DNA from: Virgibacillus siamensis
GTDB lineage: Bacteria > Bacillota > Bacilli > Bacillales > Amphibacillaceae
Reading direction: 5' to 3'
NCBI RefSeq assembly: GCF_900162695.1
Contig: NZ_FUIH01000007.1
Coordinates: 1 to 40,000 of the forward strand
Length of the DNA: 40,000 bases
Part shown: positions 16,399 to 23,631 of the stretch, one piece after another
Layout of the letters: every line of letters starts with the position of its first letter
Position numbering within the stretch: position 1 is the stretch's first letter
Position numbers and translations under genes: made by a program
The notes under the pieces: model-generated
Told to the model about the DNA's origin: nothing
Database searches by the model: none
The model's input: only the letters and a program-made list of their open reading frames with translations

Positions 16399-16435
16399 AA
16401 TTGACGTTTGAATATACGGTCAAATCACGGTTTCT
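16399..16435 (+). repeat. sub-terminal island repeat, right copy
   Basis: Imperfect copy of 1960-1995, sharing the core gaatatacNgtcaaatca. Confidence 0.6.
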
Positions 16436-16464
16436 TAACGATTATTAAATTTATAAAATTGAAA

Positions 16465-16522
16465 GCACGACTCAAAATCGTGTTCCTTCGGGAGTGTCGG
16501 TTCGACCCCGACCACCGGTATC
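16465..16522 (+). repeat. attR (58-bp direct repeat, orphan 3-prime tRNA-Leu fragment)
   Basis: 57/58 identity to 1878-1935. There is no 5-prime tRNA half upstream of it. Confidence 0.93.
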
Positions 16523-16526
16523 CTAT

Positions 16527-16588
16527 AGACGATGATATGGCGATGTTTATTCGGAAAATAATCCGATTGGACAATCGTCTTTTTTTTG
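16527..16588 (+). terminator. native tRNA-operon terminator, displaced by the island
   Basis: agacgat (16527-16533) / atcgtct (16574-16580) with inner tcgga/tccga helix, followed by T8. Confidence 0.7.
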
Positions 16589-16878
16589 CGTTAATAAGGA
16601 TAAGCATTTTAAATCGATTAAAGTTTGTCTATTAATTTATTGGACTTTGGAGGATGTATGGAATGATATTCAAGTAAACAATAGATTCAGGTGATTTCCA
16701 TCGTCCTGAGATGGAAAGGTTCCAAATAAAGTGGAGCACCGTCTTCATGCTACCGAGAAAGCGGCTTTGAACGGCAACTCAAATCATTGAACCGGCTGTT
16801 TTGTTGCATTAAAAAATTTTCTTGACTTTTAAAAATACTGCGTGTATTGTATATAGTAATCAATAATTGAATACTGAA

Positions 16879-17034
16879 ACTCTTATCAAGAGAGGCAGAG
16901 GGACTGGCCCTGTGAAGCCTCAGCAACAGACTTTTTAGTACTGTGCTAATTCCAGAAAGCGTGAAGCTTGCAGATAAGAAGAGTATTGAACACACGGCAA
17001 AACCCTCTTCTTATTTCAGAAGGGGGTTTTTTCG
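16879..17034 (+). promoter_or_regulatory. SAM-I (S-box) riboswitch with terminator/antiterminator
   Basis: ctcttatcaagagaggcagagggactggccctgtgaagcctcagcaac...gtgctaattccag...gataagaagag matches the S-box core. The antiterminator pairs ataagaagag with ctcttcttat. Terminator ccctcttc/gaaggggg + T6 at 17001-17034. Confidence 0.9.
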
Positions 17035-17079
17035 TTATTTAATTCACTGCGACAACTAAATTCAAAAGGAGGAAATGTT

Positions 17080-18129
17080 ATGAAGCGCAGTTTGGAAGAT
17101 CGTTTAAAAGAAGGTACCGTAATTGCAGGGGAAGGCTATTTATTTGAATTGGAACGCAGAGGATATTTGCAGGCAGGTTCGTTTGTTCCTGAGGTGGCTC
17201 TTGATAATCCTGAGGCATTAAAACAGGCATATCGGGATTATATGAATGGCGGTTCTGATGTTGTATTGGCTTTTACATATAATGCTCATAGGGAAAAAAT
17301 GCGTATTATTGGAAAAGAAGATTTGCTGGAACCCTTAAACAGAAATGCTATTCGCCTTGCAAAAGAGGTTGCCAAAGAGCATCCAAAAGAAGAAGCGTTG
17401 GTGGCAGGGAATATATCGAATACCAATATCTTTAATCCGGATGATCCGGAGTCAAAGGAAAAGGTTAGAAATATATTTGCAGAAATGGTTACATGGTGCA
17501 AAGAAGAAGGGGTCGACTTCATCAATGGTGAAACATTTTATTACCATGAAGAGGCGCTAATAGCACTGGAAGAAATTACTAAACAAAGTTTGCCGGCAGT
17601 CATTACATTCGGGTTAATGGGCGAGAACATTTTACGGGATGGATACACTGTGGAAGAGTCCTGTAAAATACTTTCCGAAAAAGGAGCATTGGTCGTTGGT
17701 ATGAATTGTTTCCGTGGTCCTGATACCATGCAGCCGTATCTTGCCGCCATACGAAACAATGTTGACGGTTATGTCGGCGGTTTGCCTATCCCATATCGTA
17801 CAAATGAAGAACACCCGACATTCTTTAATTTGCCTGATGGGGGCTGCAGCTGCCATTTACCTACAGAAACAACATTTCCGACTGCTCTTGATCCGCTGTA
17901 CCATAACCGTTATGAGCTGGCGGAATGGGCAAAAGAAGCAAAAGACACAGGTATCAACTATATTGGCCTATGCTGTGGTGCTTCACCGGCGATGCTGCGG
18001 GCCGTGGCGGAAGCTGTGGGTGTTGAAACAGTAAATTCCAGATACTCCCCTGATATGGAGAAGCATTTTCTATTCGGGACAGATAAAACACTTCAAGCGC
18101 ATAATTTAAATTATCGATTAAAAGCATAA
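17080..18129 (+). CDS. homocysteine S-methyltransferase, BHMT-like (betaine-homocysteine methyltransferase family)
   Basis: 349 aa. The N-terminus LKEGTVIAGEGYLFELERRGYLQAGSFVPEVALDNPEALKQAYRDYMNGGSDVVLAFTY parallels animal BHMT as I remember it. Zn-ligand-type motifs MNCF and GLCCGASP. Confidence 0.8.
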   Translation: MKRSLEDRLKEGTVIAGEGYLFELERRGYLQAGSFVPEVALDNPEALKQAYRDYMNGGSDVVLAFTYNAHREKMRIIGKEDLLEPLNRNAIRLAKEVAKEHPKEEALVAGNISNTNIFNPDDPESKEKVRNIFAEMVTWCKEEGVDFINGETFYYHEEALIALEEITKQSLPAVITFGLMGENILRDGYTVEESCKILSEKGALVVGMNCFRGPDTMQPYLAAIRNNVDGYVGGLPIPYRTNEEHPTFFNLPDGGCSCHLPTETTFPTALDPLYHNRYELAEWAKEAKDTGINYIGLCCGASPAMLRAVAEAVGVETVNSRYSPDMEKHFLFGTDKTLQAHNLNYRLKA

Positions 18130-18145
18130 TTGATTAACAATAACA

Positions 18146-18246
18146 TCTTATCAAGAGAGATGGAGGGATTTGTCCGGTGCTAAATCCAAAAGGTTAATGC
18201 TTCCTTGATGATAAGAAGAACGTTTTCATTTTTGGGCCTTCTTCTA
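18146..18246 (+). promoter_or_regulatory. truncated S-box-like element plus hairpin in the hmt-metI spacer
   Basis: tcttatcaagagagatggagggatttgtccggtgctaaatccaaaagg...ccttgatgataagaag keeps S-box P1, the ggaggga core and the gtgctaa(t/a)tcca box. The segment between them (P3 region) is missing. It is followed by agaagaa/ttcttct hairpin without a U-run. Confidence 0.45.
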
Positions 18247-18284
18247 ATTGGAGGTCCTTTATTTTTTCCAAAAGGGTGAACAAT

Positions 18285-19388
18285 ATGTCTGCAAAAAGCA
18301 TTGAAACCAAATTGGTGCAATTAGGAAATAACAGTGATGGAGCTACAGGTGCTGTAAATCCACCAGTGTATCTTTCAACAGCATTTCGCCATGAAGGGGT
18401 TGGCAAGTCCACTGGTTATGATTATAGCCGTACCAAAAATCCAACACGCGCCATTCTGGAAAATGGGATTGCTGAGTTGGAAGCGGGTGACAACGGCTAT
18501 GCCTGCAGTTCGGGAATGGCTGCTATTCAGTTGGTTCTTTCCCTTTTCCGTTCCGGTGATGAACTGATTGTTCCGGAAGATATCTATGGAGGAACATATC
18601 GCCTGCTTCAACACTATTCGGATGTTTATGATATTCGTGCAATATATTCAGAGTTTTTGAATGTGGATGTAATAAGGAAGTTAATAACTCCCGCAACGAG
18701 AGCACTTTTTATCGAAACACCGACTAACCCGCTAATGCAGGAAATAGATATCAGCCAATATGCAGCACTCGCTCATGAGTACAATTTACTGCTTATCGTT
18801 GATAATACATTCTTAACACCCTACTTTCAGCGGCCAATTGAGCTGGGAGCTGACATCGTCATTCATAGTGCCACAAAATATATTGGCGGCCACAATGATG
18901 TGCTGGCTGGTTTGGTTATTGCTAAAGGTGAATCTATATGTGAAAAGTTATCCGAAATCCATAACGCTTCCGGCGCGGTTTTGTCCCCATTTGATTCATG
19001 GCTGACCATCAGAGGACTTAAAACACTTGCACTAAGGATGAGACAGCATGATGAAAATGCCCGGAAAATTGCTTCCTATTTATCAACTGAGCCGATGGTT
19101 GCTGATGTATTATACTCTGGCAAAGGCGGTATGCTTTCATTTCGTCTCCAGAAAGTGATTTGGATTGAGCCTTTCTTGGAAAACCTGGAGCTTATTTCAT
19201 TTGCAGAAAGCCTTGGAGGTGTAGAAAGTTTTATTACCTATCCCGCAACTCAAACTCATGCAGAAATTCCAGAAGCGGAACGAACCCGCCGCGGAGTTGA
19301 CAATCGGTTATTGCGCTTTTCCGTCGGCATTGAACAAACCGAAGACTTAATAGCAGACTTAAAACAAGTATTTTCCAAAATTAAATAG
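18285..19388 (+). CDS. metI: cystathionine gamma-synthase / O-acylhomoserine thiol-lyase family PLP enzyme
   Basis: Cys/Met-metabolism PLP family: YSRTKNPT, DNTFLTPYFQRP and PLP-lysine motif HSATKYIGGH. Gene order matches B. subtilis metI-metC. ATG 18285 preferred over GTG 18276. Confidence 0.85.
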   Translation: MSAKSIETKLVQLGNNSDGATGAVNPPVYLSTAFRHEGVGKSTGYDYSRTKNPTRAILENGIAELEAGDNGYACSSGMAAIQLVLSLFRSGDELIVPEDIYGGTYRLLQHYSDVYDIRAIYSEFLNVDVIRKLITPATRALFIETPTNPLMQEIDISQYAALAHEYNLLLIVDNTFLTPYFQRPIELGADIVIHSATKYIGGHNDVLAGLVIAKGESICEKLSEIHNASGAVLSPFDSWLTIRGLKTLALRMRQHDENARKIASYLSTEPMVADVLYSGKGGMLSFRLQKVIWIEPFLENLELISFAESLGGVESFITYPATQTHAEIPEAERTRRGVDNRLLRFSVGIEQTEDLIADLKQVFSKIK

Positions 19389-19403
19389 AGAGGAGAATTG
19401 GAT

Positions 19404-20603
19404 ATGAGTACGAATAAAAATCATCTGGAAACAAATCTGATCCATACGTCATCAGGATTGGACGTTGAACAAAAAACGGGTGCTGTTAACGTGCCAATCT
19501 ATTTATCATCAACCTATCACCAGGAAACGTTTGATGATTTTGGGCCGTATGATTACAGTCGTTCCGGTAATCCGACAAGGCAGGCATTGGAAGAAAAAAT
19601 AGCTGAACTCGAGGAGGGTGTGAGGGGATTGGCGTTTTCTTCCGGAATGGCAGCTATTTCAACAGCTTTCATGCTTTTATCTGCAGGTGATCATGTCCTG
19701 GTTTCCAAGGATGTATATGGAGGCACCTTCCGTTTTGTTACAAAAGTATTGTCCAAGTTAAAAATTGAACACACTTTTGTTGATATGACCGACCTTAGTA
19801 AAGTTGCAGAAGCAGTTGAAGAAAATACAAAAGTTATCTACATCGAAACACCCTCAAACCCCTGTATGAACATTACGGATATTAAAGGTGTCGTGGAAAT
19901 TGCCAAGGCAAATAACTGCTTAACATTTCTTGATAATACTTTTATGACCTCTCTTTATCAAAAACCAATTAACATCGGGGTAGATATCGTGCTGCATAGT
20001 GCCACCAAATTTTTGTCTGGCCATAGTGATATTATTGCCGGATTAGCAGTAACAAAAAATGGAGAACTTGGTGAACGATTAGCCTTTCTGCAAAATTCAT
20101 TCGGATCTATATTAGGTGCGCAGGATTCCTATCTGTTGCTGCAGGGAATTAAAACGCTTGGAGCGCGCCTGAATTCTTCATCCAAGACAGCTCTCGATAT
20201 AGCCGGTTATTTAAATGAACATCCTTTAATCAATATGGTGTTTTACCCCGGCTTATCTTCACACCCGGGGCATGGCACTCACTCCAGGCAGTCCACAGGT
20301 TCGGGAGCGGTTCTATCATTTGAAATCGCCGATGTAGTTGAAGCCAAAACGTTTGTTGAACACATTCGCATTCCTATTTTCGCTGTGAGCCTTGGAGCGG
20401 TTGAGAGCATCCTTTCGTATCCAGCGAACATGTCACATGCCGCAATGCCAGAGCATGAACGTGAAAGCAGAGGTATAAGTAATGGATTATTCCGGTTCTC
20501 TGTGGGCTTGGAACATGTGGATGATTTGATCGCTGATTTGGATCAAGCTCTGCAGACAGCGTATGTACGGGAGGAAGAAACAGTTGGAGTGAGGGGCATT
20601 TAG
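19404..20603 (+). CDS. metC: cystathionine beta-lyase family PLP enzyme
   Basis: YSRSGNPTR, DNTFMTSLYQKP and HSATKFLSGH motifs. Second gene of a metI-metC-type pair. ATG 19404 follows RBS gaggag. Confidence 0.85.
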   Translation: MSTNKNHLETNLIHTSSGLDVEQKTGAVNVPIYLSSTYHQETFDDFGPYDYSRSGNPTRQALEEKIAELEEGVRGLAFSSGMAAISTAFMLLSAGDHVLVSKDVYGGTFRFVTKVLSKLKIEHTFVDMTDLSKVAEAVEENTKVIYIETPSNPCMNITDIKGVVEIAKANNCLTFLDNTFMTSLYQKPINIGVDIVLHSATKFLSGHSDIIAGLAVTKNGELGERLAFLQNSFGSILGAQDSYLLLQGIKTLGARLNSSSKTALDIAGYLNEHPLINMVFYPGLSSHPGHGTHSRQSTGSGAVLSFEIADVVEAKTFVEHIRIPIFAVSLGAVESILSYPANMSHAAMPEHERESRGISNGLFRFSVGLEHVDDLIADLDQALQTAYVREEETVGVRGI

Positions 20604-20677
20604 TTTTCTTTGCACTGCTTCAAATCAAAATTGACAAACAATATGCTATTATTTCTGAAATAAGAGGTAGTATATGT

Positions 20678-20714
20678 GAAAACCTTTTTAAGTTACGGAT
20701 TTAAAAAGGTTTTC
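20678..20714. terminator. perfect 13-bp AT-rich hairpin downstream of metC
   Basis: gaaaaccttttta / taaaaaggttttc with an 11-nt loop. Weak T-tract, so terminator function is uncertain. Confidence 0.4.
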
Positions 20715-20880
20715 AATTATTTAAATACTAAGTTGTTTTTTTTATATTAGATATTATAAAATAACACACATATAAAACCAACTAAATTGATAGGTATTTA
20801 AGGGATAGGGGGGATATATTGAATGAAATGCCGGTCATCAGAATAAAAGCTATGAAAATAAAGGGAAATCAGAACAAGTA

Positions 20881-21591
20881 TTGAACAATATTAACCTCAA
20901 AATCAGTAAAGGAGAGACCATTGCCATTTTAGGAAAAAGTGGTTGTGGAAAAAGTACCCTCCTTAATTTAATTGGGGGATTTTTAACAACGGATGCTGGC
21001 CAAATTTATTTCAAGGGGGATAAAGTAACGAAAGCAAGCAGAAAAATTGTGATGTTGTTTCAGGATTACGGCCTTCTGCCATGGCGTACTGTATTAAAAA
21101 ATGTGGAGTTAGGTTTGGAAAATACAAATCTGTCATCCAATCAGCGTTGGGAAAAAGCACTCTATTATTTAAATATGGTCGGCTTGGAAGATAGGCTTGA
21201 TCGGTTTCCATCACAATTGTCGGGTGGAATGCAACAACGTGTAGCCATTGCACGCGCTCTCGCAATTGAACCGGACCTACTTTTAATGGATGAACCATTC
21301 GGTGCTTTGGATACATTTACACGTTATTTTCTGCAGGATGAATTATTGAAGATTCAAAGGCAAGCTGAAACTTCGGTTATTTTAGTTACCCATGATATTG
21401 ATGAATCAATTTACCTGGCTGACCGTGTCATTATTATGGGGTCAAATCCTGGTCAAATCAAACGGGAGGTACCAATCCATACATATAAGCCAAGGGATAG
21501 GAGCGGAGATGACTTCCAATATTTCCGGAAACTTATCTTAAATGAGTTTGAATTGATTCATTCTAAACCTCCAATTGAATTCAATATTTAA
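20881..21591 (+). CDS. ABC transporter ATP-binding protein (nitrate/sulfonate/taurine NitT/TauT-type), N-terminus apparently frameshifted
   Basis: Walker A GKSGCGKST, Q-loop, signature LSGGMQQR, Walker B LLLMDEP and H-loop VTHD. Only 17 aa precede Walker A from the TTG start. A better N-terminus (MPVIRIKA) lies in another frame from ATG 20828. Confidence 0.85.
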   Translation: MNNINLKISKGETIAILGKSGCGKSTLLNLIGGFLTTDAGQIYFKGDKVTKASRKIVMLFQDYGLLPWRTVLKNVELGLENTNLSSNQRWEKALYYLNMVGLEDRLDRFPSQLSGGMQQRVAIARALAIEPDLLLMDEPFGALDTFTRYFLQDELLKIQRQAETSVILVTHDIDESIYLADRVIIMGSNPGQIKREVPIHTYKPRDRSGDDFQYFRKLILNEFELIHSKPPIEFNI

Positions 21592-21609
21592 ACAACAAGG
21601 GGGAGAAAG

Positions 21610-22074
21610 ATGAAAGGTAGAAAAATAGTACTGATGAGCAAAGAGAAGAATAACCTTATTGAGGTTCAGGTTTCTAAAGATTTTAGCAGAGTATTTTTTA
21701 TTTTTGAGGCAGAGAATAGTGATAAGCTGCAAGACGCTTTAGCTCAAATAGAGGTTAATGTTGAATTAGTAAAAGAAGTGAGATTGGTTGGTAAAGAATT
21801 AGAAGAAGTAAAAAAACAAGCCGATAAAGTAAATTACCTGGTGGAATGGAATTTACCTGAAAGTCTAACAATGGATAAATATTTAGAACGTAAAAAGAAA
21901 AACTCTGTACACTATGCAGAAGTTCCAGAAGTTTCGTTCTCAAGAACTTATGTATGTGAAGATATGACAAAATGTCTATGTTTCTATGATGCACCGGATG
22001 AGCCTGCTGTAAGAAGGGCACGAGAAGCAGTACAAACTCCAGTTGATTCGATCACTGAAATTAACAATGACTAA
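21610..22074 (+). CDS. hypothetical protein with DUF4242-like C-terminal half
   Basis: 154 aa. The C-terminus CLCFYDAPDEPAVRRAREAVQTPVDSITEI resembles the DUF4242 family pattern as I remember it. Confidence 0.5.
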   Translation: MKGRKIVLMSKEKNNLIEVQVSKDFSRVFFIFEAENSDKLQDALAQIEVNVELVKEVRLVGKELEEVKKQADKVNYLVEWNLPESLTMDKYLERKKKNSVHYAEVPEVSFSRTYVCEDMTKCLCFYDAPDEPAVRRAREAVQTPVDSITEINND

Positions 22075-22087
22075 TATGATTAATTTC

Positions 22088-22124
22088 CTGAAGATCTCTT
22101 ATTATCATGAGAGATCTTCAGTTT
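22088..22124 (+). terminator. rho-independent terminator
   Basis: ctgaagatctct / agagatcttcag perfect 12-bp stem, followed by ttt. Confidence 0.65.
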
Positions 22125-22260
22125 AGTTGGAAGATTGGAAAGTATAAAATTTTCTTACTGCATAAGTGCAACTAAGGCTTTTGCCACAAAGGCCTGGCGA
22201 TAAGCTAGTTTTCTAATACATGAAGCATCACCATGTCTCATTAAAAGGGGAAACTAATAT

Positions 22261-23325
22261 ATGGTTGTAAAAGAAGAAACAGGAATTACAAGTACCTTAG
22301 ACATTGTGATTCAAGAGAAATTAAAACCTTTTGTCAGAAGAATTGATACTGAAGCCTATTATGCCGAGGAATATTTAACGGGGTTGGGTGAAATAGGTTT
22401 GTTGTGTTCTGATGGTATTTCAACCAGTGAACTATTGGAGCAGGAATTATTTGTTACGGAAAAGACAGCACAATATTGTATGACTACTGCATTTAATTTA
22501 TGGTGTCATCTTGCTTCATTAACCTATTTACGAAATAGTTCGAATGTGTATTTAAAGAAGGATATACTCCCATCTCTTGAAAAAGGTATTTTTTTAGGGG
22601 CTACAGGATTATCAAATCCTATGAAATACTATGCTGGGTTGGAAAAGCTGCATTTACAAGCGAAACGTACTGATGGCGGGTATGTGTTAACAGGAAATAT
22701 TCCTTCTGTTTCGAATTTAAAAGTTAATCATTGGTTTGCAGTTGTTGCTGCTTTAAAAGAAGGTCAGCAGGTGATGGCCTTTGTACCTTGTAATGCAAAA
22801 GGATTAACTTTAAAAGAAAAAGTCGGTTACATGGGGGTAAATGGCAGTGCGACATTTGCTTGCAGATTTGCCGATGTATTTATTCCTGATAAATGGATAA
22901 TCAGTGATAGCGCCGCAGAGTTTTGCGAAAACATCAGGTCAACTTTTGTATTGTATCAAGTTCCACTTGGTCTTGGGGTCACAAATGCGTCCATTCAATC
23001 AATGAAAAGAGCACCTCAAAAACAAGGCGGGGTTAATACATTTTTATCGATTCAACCCGAGGAGATAGAGCAGGAATATCTGCTTATTAAGGATAGGATA
23101 GCCAAACTACTGGAGCACAATAATCTGGATTGGAAAGAAGTCTTGCAAATCAGATTAGATATTGACAAACTGACAATTAAAGCAGTACACGGGGACATGT
23201 TACATTATGGTGGCGCGGCATACCTGCAAAAGAGTAATTCGGCAAGAAGATTAAGAGAAGCCTATTTCCTGATTAATTTAACACCGACCGAAAAACATTT
23301 GGAAAAATTGTTGGCAACGACTTGA
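22261..23325 (+). CDS. acyl-CoA dehydrogenase-like flavoprotein (divergent)
   Basis: 354 aa. Length and weak ACAD-like layout (central beta region GGYVLTGNIPSVSN, C-terminal helical bundle). This is a low-certainty family call. Confidence 0.4.
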   Translation: MVVKEETGITSTLDIVIQEKLKPFVRRIDTEAYYAEEYLTGLGEIGLLCSDGISTSELLEQELFVTEKTAQYCMTTAFNLWCHLASLTYLRNSSNVYLKKDILPSLEKGIFLGATGLSNPMKYYAGLEKLHLQAKRTDGGYVLTGNIPSVSNLKVNHWFAVVAALKEGQQVMAFVPCNAKGLTLKEKVGYMGVNGSATFACRFADVFIPDKWIISDSAAEFCENIRSTFVLYQVPLGLGVTNASIQSMKRAPQKQGGVNTFLSIQPEEIEQEYLLIKDRIAKLLEHNNLDWKEVLQIRLDIDKLTIKAVHGDMLHYGGAAYLQKSNSARRLREAYFLINLTPTEKHLEKLLATT

Positions 23326-23380
23326 ATGAAAAGAAAACAAACAGAACGCCTTTTTAAATTTCAAAATGCGTATAGAAAAA

Positions 23381-23418
23381 AGCCTAAACCGTTGATAGAC
23401 AAGTGGTTGGGCTTTTTT
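23381..23418 (+). terminator. rho-independent terminator
   Basis: agcctaaacc / ggttgggct stem followed by TTTTTT. Confidence 0.7.
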
Positions 23419-23631
23419 ATGTGATATACAACTGCTTTATAGAAGTATATTTTGTATTATACACCAGGTCTTTTTTGGTAAATAATTCTTGGTAATATGA
23501 ATATCTCTCCGCTGAAATCAACATGATTGATTTCAAGTGTCACGATGCTTTCAGCTATTGAACCAATACATTAAGCATTTTTAGGTACCTATTTAAACAA
23601 TATTTATATTATCTTCGGTTTTGGAAAAGCT

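Larger units (their letters stand above)
1878..16522. mobile_element. ~14.6-kb integrative island (phage-satellite / PICI-like) inserted in tRNA-Leu(CAA)
   Basis: A 58-bp direct repeat bounds the segment. An integrase gene lies beside attL. The contents are phage-type regulatory and packaging-accessory genes without structural genes. The native tRNA-operon terminator is displaced to 16527-16588. Confidence 0.85.

Noticed and set aside
1878-16522. Island as a complete or merely cryptic prophage
   Set aside because: I could not recognise capsid, portal, tail, holin/lysin, large terminase or replication genes in any frame, and 14.6 kb is too small. A satellite or degraded element is the better description, though decay cannot be excluded without profile searches.
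16750-16995. 81-aa minus-strand ORF
   Set aside because: It overlaps the S-box riboswitch and its promoter, and has no translation signals.
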